Assembly (NCBI GenBank): GCA_965248055.1
Contig: CBDFIJ010000004.1
Coordinates: forward strand, 2,592,001-2,656,000
Source: Candidatus Multivoradales bacterium
GTDB lineage: Bacteria > Acidobacteriota > Thermoanaerobaculia > Multivoradales > JAHEKO01
Direction: 5' to 3'
DNA: 64,000 bases
The position numbers and the translations under genes are program-made. Of the stretch, positions 1 to 10,002 are shown piece after piece. Positions within the stretch are counted from its first letter, which is position 1. Each line of letters opens with the position of its first letter. Under the pieces are notes generated by a model. The model searched no databases. It had not been told where the DNA came from and was given only the letters and a program-made list of their open reading frames with translations.

Positions 1-1
1 C

Positions 2-1297
2 ATGGAAGCTCAGCGCAGCAAACAAGAGGTACGAGACATCCTGACGCGCATGATCGGAGCTGAAATCAAGCTCGTTCAGGATGGGTACAAAGTGCGACGG
101 CCAGCAGACGGATATCTGAACCAGCGTATTGAAGTTGAAGGCAAGAAAAGAGTCATCGAAGTTCCAGACCCAGATCGAGCTCCCTTCTACCGAAAGATGT
201 TTGAGCTACGAGCCAGTGGGCGTTATTCAGACGCAGAAATCGTCGACCACATCAATGCAATGGGTTTTCGGAGCAAGCCCCAAAAACGCTGGAATGAATC
301 CCGCGATCGGGTCATCGGTCATAGCAAACCGAAACAACTGACCATTGCTCATTTTCAACGCCTGATTCTTCGTCCGGGTTATTGCGGTGTCCGCGTAGAA
401 AAATGGACTGACTGGAAGCCCGTTCGCGCCCAAAATCCAGGACTGGTGTCGATCGCTACATTCAATGCGGCAAATGAGGGGAAGGTTCGTATTGAAGAAT
501 ACCGTGACGGATCACTAACGCTACACGAAGGAGAATCCAGGAGCCCAATTCGGTTGAAGAACAACCCTACCTATCCTTACAAGAACATCGTCCTGTGCGG
601 CGACTGCGCGAAGCCATTCCTAGGGAGCGCATCCAGGGGAAAGATGGGCAAACGATACCCCGCATATCACTGCAACCGAGGTCACTATTTCAGGGTACCC
701 AAAGACAAGTTTGAGAACGTTGTTGACGCGTACTTCATGACCCTTGATCTTGACGAAGCTGGGAGAGAAATACTGAGGCATTTTCTGGAAGGTGTCTGGG
801 ATCGACGGCAAAGAGATATTCAGAAACACGTCAGTAGAGTTCGCGAGCATCAAGCTGCCTTGAAAATCGAGCAAGACGCCGTTGTGGAGTCACTCATAGC
901 TACGACAAATTCCATTGTTCGTCAAAAGCTCGAAAGCAGGATCGCTGAATTGGAAGCTCAACTGACATCCGTCAAAAGAGATGCACATACTAGTAGCGAT
1001 GTCTCAAGAGCTGATTTCGAAGATTTTCTTTCCTACGTCGATGACCTAATGGAACACCCCATGAAATGGCTCAAGAACACCGTAAACGTAACCAGACAAA
1101 GGGCCGCCGCAGAGCTATTATTTGAGGAAACTCCGACCTATCGTGAGATCACTAGTGGAACACCAAAATTACGCCAGTTTTTCGGGCTCGATTGGTTACT
1201 TAATGATCTCCAATCTCCGTTGGTGAACCCACAGGTACTTGACTGGAACTCCCTTCATCAATTGATCAAAGGTTTCAGCCCCAAAGGGAGAGGTTAG
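2..1297 (+). CDS. Large serine recombinase (integrase); N-terminal catalytic domain probably upstream of the window
   Basis: Recombinase-domain text (RKMFELRASGRYSDAEIVDHINAMGFRSK), zinc ribbon CGDC...YHC, then coiled coil; no resolvase YxRVS motif in the visible part. Confidence 0.8.
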   Translation: MEAQRSKQEVRDILTRMIGAEIKLVQDGYKVRRPADGYLNQRIEVEGKKRVIEVPDPDRAPFYRKMFELRASGRYSDAEIVDHINAMGFRSKPQKRWNESRDRVIGHSKPKQLTIAHFQRLILRPGYCGVRVEKWTDWKPVRAQNPGLVSIATFNAANEGKVRIEEYRDGSLTLHEGESRSPIRLKNNPTYPYKNIVLCGDCAKPFLGSASRGKMGKRYPAYHCNRGHYFRVPKDKFENVVDAYFMTLDLDEAGREILRHFLEGVWDRRQRDIQKHVSRVREHQAALKIEQDAVVESLIATTNSIVRQKLESRIAELEAQLTSVKRDAHTSSDVSRADFEDFLSYVDDLMEHPMKWLKNTVNVTRQRAAAELLFEETPTYREITSGTPKLRQFFGLDWLLNDLQSPLVNPQVLDWNSLHQLIKGFSPKGRG

Positions 1298-1390
1298 GGG
1301 AGCCGCGTCAGCAACATCGATTATTGAGTCGGTCACCATCATTCAGTTATCCACTATCTCAAACGGCTTCCAACGTCCATACTTTCGGTA

Positions 1391-1726
1391 ATGGCAAATT
1401 GGCACGCATTGAACAGCCGAAAAGGAGTAACCATCTCTCTAAGCAAAAGTGGCTTTCGACTCTCTCCTTTGTTGGTTGAGGAATACCACATTGAAAAATT
1501 TCAATATGTCGACGTTGTTCACTACCCAAGAACTTCGCGGCTACGTTTCCGTTTCACCGACATAGCGACGAAAAAAAACCGTTGGGTCTTTGCGTTTGGA
1601 AAGGGCAGGTACATTCTGGATACCACGAAGATTTTCAGCGAACAAACTAAAGGGCTCTACGAAGTTGGAGACTGGTCGAACCCCAGAGGTGCCAAACCAG
1701 ATTTTTGGATTCGGTTACCGGAATGA
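1391..1726 (+). CDS. Hypothetical protein
   Basis: 111-aa ATG ORF with protein-like composition; no recognised motif. Confidence 0.45.
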   Translation: MANWHALNSRKGVTISLSKSGFRLSPLLVEEYHIEKFQYVDVVHYPRTSRLRFRFTDIATKKNRWVFAFGKGRYILDTTKIFSEQTKGLYEVGDWSNPRGAKPDFWIRLPE

Positions 1727-2404
1727 TGCGGTTCGTTATCCACGGGCCTTTTCACTGAACTCTAGGAGCCAGTTGTATCGCTGGACTAGGTTCTCCCGTG
1801 CGCGACACCTGAGACGATCATTTCGCCAGACAACCAGTTTGGCTACCCTCCTTGCTTCTATGTTCTTCTCGCGCCGCTTCAGGGCTGGCCTGTCCATAGA
1901 CCGGGCCGGTGTGTTTATCTCGATACCACTGTACATGGTGTTGTCTTTGCGTTGTCTTGCGCCCAAGCTTTGAGCTCGAGTTCTTGTGTTCGCAGATCTT
2001 GCCAGGTTGTCGAAACGCGTGCGTAGATCGCTATTTCTCGATCATCCATCCATACAGTATTCGCGAAATGATCGGTGGGTTCATACTAGACACTATCCAC
2101 GGCCCTTTGGGTGCAGCAAAATACGGCAAGAAAAGGCACTTTTTGGAATAAACCCTTCATTCAAGACACCTCATTGCGGAAAATTGGGCACGAGCAGCAA
2201 CAGTGTAATTCTTTACTCTAAGTCTAGGTTGACGTTCTCCGTTACCCGGCGTGAGGCGGCGTGCCTACTGCGGAGAAACCGTAATTTTTACACGAATGCT
2301 CCCGCTACCCCGAGGTCTACGAGCGCTGAATCGCGTTCCCCTCTTCCCCTTAAACCCCATCACCCTCATGCCATCAGGGAGGTGGCTTGGAATGCCAATG
2401 CTGA

Positions 2405-2752
2405 TCATTCCACCGCGATACTTCTTATCGCAAAAAACCAAGTAAGAACGACCCAGAAGATAGCGGCGATTGCCGGAGAAAACACCATTACGTATCCAAA
2501 CGTTCGCGACTCAAATGAGGTTGCTAGCATTGCTGCACAAAAGAGCACATATGTTAACCAGAGGCCAACGCCGATCTTCCCCCCGGCCCCGTTGATACGA
2601 TACCAGTCAGCATCCGAACGGAAAGAGGATTCGACACGCACCCCGTAATATTTATTTGGAGCAACCTTACCTAAAGCCAAAGGGAGACAGAATGCGGCTA
2701 TGAGCAGCCCGCTTGCGATTCCAACAATTGAACCTACCTTGACCAGTTCCAT
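2405..2752 (-). CDS. sdpI: SdpI-family immunity membrane protein
   Basis: Motif KVAPNKYYGVRV...SDADWYRIN between TM helices matches the SdpI PNxxxGxRxxxxxxSxxxW pattern; last gene of an sdp cluster. Confidence 0.8.
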   Translation of the reverse strand: MELVKVGSIVGIASGLLIAAFCLPLALGKVAPNKYYGVRVESSFRSDADWYRINGAGGKIGVGLWLTYVLFCAAMLATSFESRTFGYVMVFSPAIAAIFWVVLTWFFAIRSIAVE

Positions 2753-4356
2753 ATCTTGTCTCCTGTCGGACAGAGGTCGCCTGGGTCTGAACGGCGACTG
2801 TTTATGGCAGGCGCAAATTCGGACTTGACGGAGTCCTCTTCTGTTCTTAATGTCCCGGATGCGCTTATTGGTGGGACGCTCAAAGTCTCTGATGTGGGGA
2901 TCTCAACCACGCTCTGTACCCAGTCAACAACATGTTCAAGAACTTCTTCACTGACAGTGACCTCGATCTCCGAGTATTCGTCAATCGCTCCTGTCTTTGC
3001 CGGTTGAAGAAAATGATTGAGGCCATCATAGAGTCGAATCTCGGGTATTGGAGCACCGGCGTCCACGACCGCCTGTTCCAAGGCTTTCTTGATGGCCGAC
3101 AAGTTTTGCTCCGGGTCAACCTGGAGATCCAGGGTGCCGTTTAGAGCGAACACCGGAGTTCCGTTGCGGTGAAGATCCGGTGCAGGGTCGTATCTCAGTA
3201 TTTCGCGGTACCAAGGAGTTGCCAGCTGTGCGGCTTCCTCTGCCTTCCGCAGAATATTTGGATCATGGGGGTCCCCGCCTTCTTCTTGAACTACCTCTAG
3301 AACGTGCCTAGTGAGTTGTTCCCGAATTGTTTCCGCGGGGAGGTTTTGCGTCGCGATGTCAAGCAGCTGCTTCTGCAGATCAGTCGTCTTTCTTACTTCG
3401 GAATCCGAAGCTCCGTTCGTTTCTAACATCAACGTAACTTGGCGCAGGATCACTTCATCGCCAGGCACGCCAGGTGATGCTAATAACACAGCGAATGCGG
3501 GCCCGTTCTCTCGAGCTAGAAGCTTGGAAGCGACGAGCCCTCCTTCGCTGTGGCCGAGGATACCAACGGGCTTATTGCCAACTTCTGCCAACGAGGAAAG
3601 AAAGCGAAGCGCTGCCGAGGCGTCATTGGCAAAGTCCGTTGTAGTTGCCCCGGTGAACCTTCCCTCAGACTCTCCGACTCCGCGGTCGTCGTAACGAAGT
3701 ACTGCCACCCCAGATCGCGACAAGCGGTCAGCCCAAACGGCAAAAGGTCGATGCCCGAAGATCCTCATGTCTCGGTTCTGGGGCCCGGAACCCGTTACTA
3801 GAACGATAGCTGGGTGAAGCCCCTCTCCAGCTGGCAAGGTCAAGGTACCCGCCAAGATGTGATTTGTTGAGGGGAACCGAACTTGCCGAACCGTATATGG
3901 GAACGGTTTTTGGGGAGACTGAGGTCGTCTATATTGCGGTGTTGAGGTCTGCGTTTCTGTTCGTTGGAGGCGAAAGGGAAATTCATGACCGTGCTGGAAG
4001 AAAGTTCCCGCCATCGTGTTTTCCGTAATAATTCCGACAAAATGCGGACTGCCTTGAATTTCTGAGATCTGGAAGCTGATCGAATTGCCGGTCATCTCCA
4101 CGTATTCGAGGGACAAGCCGATGCCTCCCTGTTGGGGGATATCGATCCTTCCGCTCCACCCTAGTTTGTCACTGTCGAGGTGAACAACCACCGCCAGTTT
4201 TGCTGCGCCCAAATCAATTGTGCCCTCCCAGTTACCGCGAACCGGTGGAGCGGCGCTTGCACTGGAAGCCGCCAGGTAAAAGATCAACCCAAACTGCAGA
4301 TACCTTCGCAAATCGAAGAGGTAACGAACGGGATTGTGTTCTACTTTGGGTGGCAT
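2734..4356 (-). CDS. Secreted alpha/beta hydrolase (S9/S15-like peptidase or esterase)
   Basis: Signal peptide, GSGPQNRD, YDDRGVGES, nucleophile GHSEGG, DLQV, LNHFLQ. Confidence 0.85.
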   Translation of the reverse strand: MPPKVEHNPVRYLFDLRRYLQFGLIFYLAASSASAAPPVRGNWEGTIDLGAAKLAVVVHLDSDKLGWSGRIDIPQQGGIGLSLEYVEMTGNSISFQISEIQGSPHFVGIITENTMAGTFFQHGHEFPFRLQRTETQTSTPQYRRPQSPQKPFPYTVRQVRFPSTNHILAGTLTLPAGEGLHPAIVLVTGSGPQNRDMRIFGHRPFAVWADRLSRSGVAVLRYDDRGVGESEGRFTGATTTDFANDASAALRFLSSLAEVGNKPVGILGHSEGGLVASKLLARENGPAFAVLLASPGVPGDEVILRQVTLMLETNGASDSEVRKTTDLQKQLLDIATQNLPAETIREQLTRHVLEVVQEEGGDPHDPNILRKAEEAAQLATPWYREILRYDPAPDLHRNGTPVFALNGTLDLQVDPEQNLSAIKKALEQAVVDAGAPIPEIRLYDGLNHFLQPAKTGAIDEYSEIEVTVSEEVLEHVVDWVQSVVEIPTSETLSVPPISASGTLRTEEDSVKSEFAPAINSRRSDPGDLCPTGDKIWNWSR

Positions 4357-4820
4357 ACGTGGACATCAAAATCTTCGTCGAGAAACCGATCTCGGATTTC
4401 AACTGTGGGATTCTGGCAGTGATCCGGAAGTCCGAACCATAGTATTCTGTTCTTCGCCACGAAATCGTAGATAACGTTGCGTGCGAAGCGTGGCACGATT
4501 TCGGCCCACGACACTAAACGCCAAACTCCCCCTATCACGTTGAGTATCGCTAATACCCCACTCGACCGATCCAGTATTTGTTCGTTAACCCCGCCTGCGT
4601 CACGCACGAAGAGCAAGCTGTCCTTTGCTAGTGACCCTGCGTGCCTTTCTCGGAGTTCTAGTGCCACACCACTCTGAAGAGGCGAGTAATAGAGCACTCC
4701 TTCACGGTCTTGGGCAAGAAGGAACTGAATAAACCTACTACACAGTCCACAATTACCGTCGTAGAGGACAATGTGTCGACCGTCGGTAGATGCTTGTGGA
4801 GGGAACAACACGACTAGCAC
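4341..4820 (-). CDS. DCC1/DUF393-family thiol-disulfide oxidoreductase
   Basis: LYDGNCGLC (DxxCxxC) and YDFVAKNRILWFG...C motifs; exact start uncertain. Confidence 0.85.
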   Translation of the reverse strand: MLVVLFPPQASTDGRHIVLYDGNCGLCSRFIQFLLAQDREGVLYYSPLQSGVALELRERHAGSLAKDSLLFVRDAGGVNEQILDRSSGVLAILNVIGGVWRLVSWAEIVPRFARNVIYDFVAKNRILWFGLPDHCQNPTVEIRDRFLDEDFDVHVCHPK

Positions 4821-4917
4821 ACGATGGAGATCTTGCTTGAGGCGACACGGCGGTCCGAGGCTAGAGTAATCCTAGTTATGACCGCGGTAACCCCGATCAC
4901 AATGCCTGCATTTGGAT

Positions 4918-5820
4918 TTATCTTGACCGTATCCATGGGTAAGTTGACCCAATTTGATACCTACTTATTACACTTGGAACCCGTACCCTGATTTGACCCT
5001 GCCAGGGGTCGGACAAATAGAGCAGTAGCCCCGCCGCCATTACGAGACTGAAGGTGACAAGTCCATGCATCACGGCGATGCCAGCATGGAGCGCAAGTCC
5101 AACAATTAATACGATCTTCCACCACTTAGGATCTATGACTAAAGCCATGAAGAGTAATATTTCCAGCGCTAGTATCGCCCACGTTATGAATACCCCAACA
5201 GGAGATGAAAATACAAACAACAGCAACCCTTTAACAGTAGCGGGAGCTCCAAACATCGGATTCTGAAGCCAGTAGTACATCGCTGTTCCGTCAACCCATT
5301 GGCTAATCTCCAGCTTAGCGGTTGCGGCCTGAAAGTAAACTACCGCCATCTGTACCCGAATGGCGACCCACGCTACCCTCTGAACGGACCACTTAGCGGG
5401 GACATGGGCAGTCTCCAGCGGACCGACACCGGTTCTTAAGAAGATCAAGGGGATCAATAACAAAGTTAGATTCGCCGCTAATTGCTCGCCTCCTTCGACC
5501 AGAAGCAGTGAGACCGCCAAACTATGAGCTATCCACCAGTGCAAGATCGCTCCTAGCCTTCCCAGTAGTCCTGCCGCGATGACCAATAGTATTCCGACCA
5601 AGAGCCACCTGAACGGCTCCAGAGCCCAAACAGGTAAATGGTGGAAGATACTCAACTCAACGAAAGAACTTGGGGGTACTAGGTCGGTCGCTTTCACGCC
5701 GTTGGGTAAAAAAAGAAGATCTGGTTTGTGCACGGCGAGGACGATCGCCGAAGACATAGCAAGTATTGCTCTGGCAAGGCCGAATGTGGAAACAGCGATA
5801 GTTGTCGAAGCTCTATTCAT
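4918..5820 (-). CDS. sdpB: SdpB-family (HTTM-like) toxin maturation membrane protein
   Basis: GLARAILA, EGGEQLAANLTLLL, QMAVVYFQAATAKL, WVDGTAMYYW; ATGA-type overlap with the upstream sdpA-like gene. Confidence 0.85.
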   Translation of the reverse strand: MNRASTTIAVSTFGLARAILAMSSAIVLAVHKPDLLFLPNGVKATDLVPPSSFVELSIFHHLPVWALEPFRWLLVGILLVIAAGLLGRLGAILHWWIAHSLAVSLLLVEGGEQLAANLTLLLIPLIFLRTGVGPLETAHVPAKWSVQRVAWVAIRVQMAVVYFQAATAKLEISQWVDGTAMYYWLQNPMFGAPATVKGLLLFVFSSPVGVFITWAILALEILLFMALVIDPKWWKIVLIVGLALHAGIAVMHGLVTFSLVMAAGLLLYLSDPWQGQIRVRVPSVISRYQIGSTYPWIRSR

Positions 5821-6362
5821 TTCGGATTAGTACAAATGTGAGCGCACTTTGCAGGCATTTCGTCGGGGTGGACATCTCCGAACCAAGACCATGGAACCAC
5901 TTCCTGGATGCGCGCAATAAAGCATTCAGCTCTTACTACCCGAGCAAGAGGGCCTGTGGGCCCGGTGGTGAAATAAGCGTCTGGAACACTGTCCGTATAC
6001 TTACGGGTGGGCCCCGAACAGTCTCTCCATTGGTCTTCTGGTACCCCTTGGAGAGATGTCTGCAGGGCCATCATTTCAAAACGGTTACCTCGACCCAATC
6101 CAAAAAAATGGCGCACCTGTCTGTTGCTCAAGTTAACTTCTTCCCACTGGCCAGGCATACTCTCTTCGAAAAAAAGAATTTGAGGTTCACGTGGGTTGCG
6201 TGTAAAGAACCCCCATCCTTGCGGAATTAGTGACTTAATGGCGAGGGATTGCCCCAAGGGCAGGCTGATTGGATTGGGCGGCATCGACGCCCTCAACAAC
6301 CACACCGCCAGGATGCTGTAGGCCGCAACGGCCAGGGTCACCTTGGCTTGGGGCAATCTCAA
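5817..6362 (-). CDS. sdpA: SdpA-family toxin maturation protein
   Basis: N-terminal TM, PQGWGFFTRNPRE, FGLGR, VPWSW motifs. Confidence 0.85.
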   Translation of the reverse strand: MRLPQAKVTLAVAAYSILAVWLLRASMPPNPISLPLGQSLAIKSLIPQGWGFFTRNPREPQILFFEESMPGQWEEVNLSNRQVRHFFGLGRGNRFEMMALQTSLQGVPEDQWRDCSGPTRKYTDSVPDAYFTTGPTGPLARVVRAECFIARIQEVVPWSWFGDVHPDEMPAKCAHICTNPK

Positions 6363-6386
6363 AACAAAATTCTCAAAAACGAAAAA

Positions 6387-7097
6387 TCAATGACCGAAAG
6401 CGATCGCTATGGAATCCACAACTTGCTCCTGTATGAGGCTCGAAGAGCCACTGCTCGCTGAAGCTCCGACTTCTACCTCAACGACGGCAACTACAACAGC
6501 AGCAGCAGCAATAGCGCCCGCAACATACGTCGCTACGGCAGCCCACAGAAAAACAGCAGCATAGGCGACTAGTGCAATAACAGCGACAAAGGTAAGGCTA
6601 ATAGCTCCCTGATCGGGATTACTTCCGAGCTCGAATGCGGCAGTCATTTCGTCAATCGAACTGTATCCTTTGCCGGATTCACTTTTGAGCATTTTGGCTA
6701 CTATGCCATTGATGTCCACCACGGCAACTGTTATATCCGCTGCTTCCTCAAGGGCTCTCTCTATCACGAACCGGTTTCCAGAAGTCAAGCGACGGTGAAA
6801 ACGCTTAAAGAAGGTACTATCTGCCTCCCGGATACGATCGATAAGTTGGTCGAATCTGGCCTCTACGTCTGGCAGATATTCCTTTGGTACGACAGCAGCG
6901 AGATCAAGGACTTGGCGCAGTGCTGGAATCTGTGCCAATGCTTCGCCTCGTCCCTGGAAAACAGCCATGTATAGGGTCTCTCCATCAAAATCTAATCTTG
7001 GTTTCGCTGTGGCTGTGGTGGGAACTGCGAGCTGGATAAGCATTGCGGTCATCACTATAAAAGATGTGCCATGAACCAGCTTTTCGATTTTCAACAT
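6387..7097 (-). CDS. sdpC: SdpC-family antimicrobial peptide precursor
   Basis: RBS AAGGAG, signal peptide, DGETLYMAVFQGRG and FFKRFHRRLTSGN prodomain motifs, about 45-aa Ala/Val-rich C-terminal segment, SSLIQEQVVDSIA tail. Confidence 0.8.
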   Translation of the reverse strand: MLKIEKLVHGTSFIVMTAMLIQLAVPTTATAKPRLDFDGETLYMAVFQGRGEALAQIPALRQVLDLAAVVPKEYLPDVEARFDQLIDRIREADSTFFKRFHRRLTSGNRFVIERALEEAADITVAVVDINGIVAKMLKSESGKGYSSIDEMTAAFELGSNPDQGAISLTFVAVIALVAYAAVFLWAAVATYVAGAIAAAAVVVAVVEVEVGASASSGSSSLIQEQVVDSIAIAFGH

Positions 7098-7409
7098 TCT
7101 TGATCTCCTTTCCCTTGGTGGCTTGCGGCCAAAAGTTGCTTTCGTGTTTCGGCATCAGGGGTCCAACAACGGATTGATGGTTCGAATCACGACCTTCAAA
7201 AAAAGAAGCCTACATTCTGCGCTGCTTCTTGTCTACCGAGTGGTGGAATTGGGGTCTCAAGAGCTCGACTAGGAGGTAGCGGGTTGTTTGGTTCCCGAAA
7301 ATGACAGTACTGCTCTTTCTTGCGTGTCGTCTTCCATCAGAAAGTGGGACAAGCTCGCTCATGCGAAGGGATTTTCTCCTGTTTTGTAGCTATGTAGCCA
7401 TAGACCTAC

Positions 7410-8177
7410 CTAGTCGCACGCAAGGCAAGTAAGCTGGTGTCTAAACTCATCACCTTCAAATAATTGGTCAGGGCGCAACTTGGCACTGAAATCAACAAGT
7501 CCCGCATCTGTCCGAAAGAAACGAAAAATGAGTCCGTCTGCCTCTTTGCCACAAAATTCTGTAAACGGTGTGAAACCAGGGACATTGCCCCCACAACTGG
7601 TGGAACCGTCTCTTTGTGATATTCGAGCACCCCCGTGGTTTACGGCTAACCCTCCTTGAACTATTGTCGGCTCTTCACCTATCACCTGAATGCTTCCATC
7701 GTTGCGACGAACAAAAGAACGAAAAGTGACTGCTACGTCGTGGTCATAGCCGTTTCGAATACCGTCTACTGTGTCTATTTTGGTACTGCACTGACTTACC
7801 TGTATTTCGATAAAACCACTACAAACACCAGTGCGGTACAGAACGTCAATATCAACTGACCGTTGCTCGCTGCCACAAGTTGCAGTTACGGTTGCTGTTT
7901 GCTCTCCAAATCCTGGCCACCAGAACACCGCAAACGTGTTTCCTTGACCTGTGCTCGGAGCACCTTCAGGGGCAGACCACGTAACCGTTGAGTCACATCC
8001 TTGCGCGGTAATTGTTACCGTGTCTTGATGAAACACGGCTGTTATACCAGCCGCAGAAATGGAAAAGTTGCTTGGCGCTGTCGGGCTTCCCGCTCCACCT
8101 CCACCATCTCCGCTACAACATGCCAACCCGAGAAAGATACATCCCGTTAACAAGATAGTGTTTCGTTTTGTTCGCAT
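7410..8177 (-). CDS. Putative Cys-containing lipoprotein/surface protein
   Basis: GGAGG before ATG 8177, hydrophobic leader ending LACC, G/S/P linker, beta-rich body. Confidence 0.55.
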   Translation of the reverse strand: MRTKRNTILLTGCIFLGLACCSGDGGGGAGSPTAPSNFSISAAGITAVFHQDTVTITAQGCDSTVTWSAPEGAPSTGQGNTFAVFWWPGFGEQTATVTATCGSEQRSVDIDVLYRTGVCSGFIEIQVSQCSTKIDTVDGIRNGYDHDVAVTFRSFVRRNDGSIQVIGEEPTIVQGGLAVNHGGARISQRDGSTSCGGNVPGFTPFTEFCGKEADGLIFRFFRTDAGLVDFSAKLRPDQLFEGDEFRHQLTCLACD

Positions 8178-8208
8178 GAGCAGCCAGACCTCCATAAACG
8201 TACAGCAA

Positions 8209-8249
8209 CCTATCATAGGGTAGCCTATCTTGGGCTACCCCAATATAGG
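8209..8249. promoter_or_regulatory. Palindromic operator candidate between divergent genes
   Basis: GGGTAGCC (8218-8225) / GGCTACCC (8233-8240) inverted repeat, with additional CCTAT/ATAGG half-sites, directly upstream of the XRE gene. Confidence 0.45.
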
Positions 8250-8264
8250 CTGCAGGATTGCAGG

Positions 8265-8495
8265 ATGGCATCCCGCTATCAAGACAGCTATGGACACATG
8301 CTCGAATTGCTCAAAACAGCTCGACTTGAAGCCGAGCTCCGCCAGTCCGATGTGGCGTCAAAGATCGGCGTCAATCAGACCTGGGTTTCAAAAGTGGAAC
8401 TTGGGGAGCGACGACTGGACCCGGTTGAACTCGTTAAACTTGCACAGATCTATGGGAAGCCAGTCAGTGAGTTTCTTCCTGAGGAGGTGCGGTAG
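8265..8495 (+). CDS. XRE-family HTH regulator
   Basis: LKTARLEAELRQSDVASKIGVNQTWVSKVELGERRLD. Confidence 0.9.
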   Translation: MASRYQDSYGHMLELLKTARLEAELRQSDVASKIGVNQTWVSKVELGERRLDPVELVKLAQIYGKPVSEFLPEEVR

Positions 8496-8777
8496 CTCGC
8501 TACGGGCCTCATGCAGCGTTACAAAGACAAGTAGCAAGTTCTAGTTCTTGCAAAGACGTTCATGCAGGGAAGGCATCAAACGATGCTCGTAGTCCAGGTC
8601 TGGATACCTGTGAGCTAGTTCGCCGGTGCTTGTCCATCGGGAATCGTCCATTTCTGGAGCTCTTCTAAGTCGTTGATCCAGTGTTCAACAGAACATAGAC
8701 TAAAGTGCGCACCCCCTGCAAGCGGCTCAATACTGTTCGAAGCGGACGTATGATGCTAGATACGGGAAGAAAACAAC

Positions 8778-9938
8778 ATGCCTAATTTCGATACGCCTAT
8801 TCAGATCTCGACGATTGGAAAAGTAAAGGAATTCAAACGGTCCGAGCAGCTTGTCGACTGGTTAGAAAGAGAGCAAGAAGCTTGGCAGTGGGTCCATGGA
8901 TTCAACATCAATATTCGGGCAGCTTCAAGTGTTATTACTGCAATCAAGCAACAACAAGCCAACGAAGATGGCGAGTTCGCTTCGCATCCCACCGTGAATC
9001 TGATCAATAGTCATCGTGTTAGAGATGTTTTCTTGCGGTTGCCCGTAAGCACGTCTCCCATGGGCAAGTTCGTTCTTGCAGTCAAAGAAGAGCGAAGTGA
9101 GACTGCCGCTGCGGGTGTACTGGAAGCTCTATCAGGACAGCAAGTCGGAGGGCATCCACAGCTACCCGAACATCGAATAGGACAGGTTCTGGGTGTGCTT
9201 CGGATGGAAGGATTCACGAAGTCTTCACTTAAGACCGCGCTTGGAAAATGGGATGATCTGAATTCCGAACTCGACACCATCAAAGACGATGCTGCAACTG
9301 CTGTTGTTGCGACTTCCGAACAACTAAGCGAATTAGTCGACTCGCACAATGCTCTTCAAGAGCAACTTCGGGACGTTCACGCGAGCACAATCGAAGAGAT
9401 GAAGACTGAATACGGTGACCTTTTGACCGGGCAGAAGGAGCGCTACGTCGACATTGAGAAGGCATTCAAAGAAAAACTGCAGCTTGAAGGACCGGTTACA
9501 TATTGGAACAAGAAAGGAGAACGACATAAAAAAAGTGCTATTTACTGGGGAGCTCTACTCGGGCTCGCGCTTGCACTCGGGTCCTTTGGCTTCTTGTTTC
9601 TGGCGAGGATGTTTCTCGTGACTTCCGCTGGAGACCTAGTAGCACTTGAGTTCGGACAGGTAACTGCACTGGCGATAGGAGCAATTCCGTTCGTCATTTT
9701 TCTGCGACTACTGATTCGCAACTTTCTTGGGCACATGCACTTGTACGAAGATGCGTCCATGCGTTCAAAAATGGTCTCTGTGTACCAAGCGCTGATAGCG
9801 GAAGGCGAATCTATTGCTGAGGAAGATCGAAGAATCGTACTGGAAGCCATCTTCAGGCCCACAGCTACGTCATTTGCTAAAGAAGAACGTATCCCAATGG
9901 GTGGCTGGTCATCAATTGCCAAAGCAATGAAGAGTTGA
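8778..9938 (+). CDS. Coiled-coil membrane protein, DUF6161-like
   Basis: Coiled coil, PVTYW, two TM helices, HLYEDASMR and IVLEAIFRP C-terminal motifs. Confidence 0.6.
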   Translation: MPNFDTPIQISTIGKVKEFKRSEQLVDWLEREQEAWQWVHGFNINIRAASSVITAIKQQQANEDGEFASHPTVNLINSHRVRDVFLRLPVSTSPMGKFVLAVKEERSETAAAGVLEALSGQQVGGHPQLPEHRIGQVLGVLRMEGFTKSSLKTALGKWDDLNSELDTIKDDAATAVVATSEQLSELVDSHNALQEQLRDVHASTIEEMKTEYGDLLTGQKERYVDIEKAFKEKLQLEGPVTYWNKKGERHKKSAIYWGALLGLALALGSFGFLFLARMFLVTSAGDLVALEFGQVTALAIGAIPFVIFLRLLIRNFLGHMHLYEDASMRSKMVSVYQALIAEGESIAEEDRRIVLEAIFRPTATSFAKEERIPMGGWSSIAKAMKS

Positions 9939-10002
9939 ACGTGACAAGTCAACCCGTGAGAGAAATTCGGTGCGCTCATCCAAGTCAAGCGAGGAGGTCA
10001 AC

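Noticed and set aside
1221-1250. tRNA 3' end on the minus strand inside the recombinase C-terminus (ends ...GGGTTCACCA)
   Set aside because: No intact T-arm (GTTCRA); at most a degenerate att-like relic that cannot be supported.
1736-2400. Short ORFs between the recombinase region and sdpI
   Set aside because: Several overlapping frames with no RBS or motif to choose among them.
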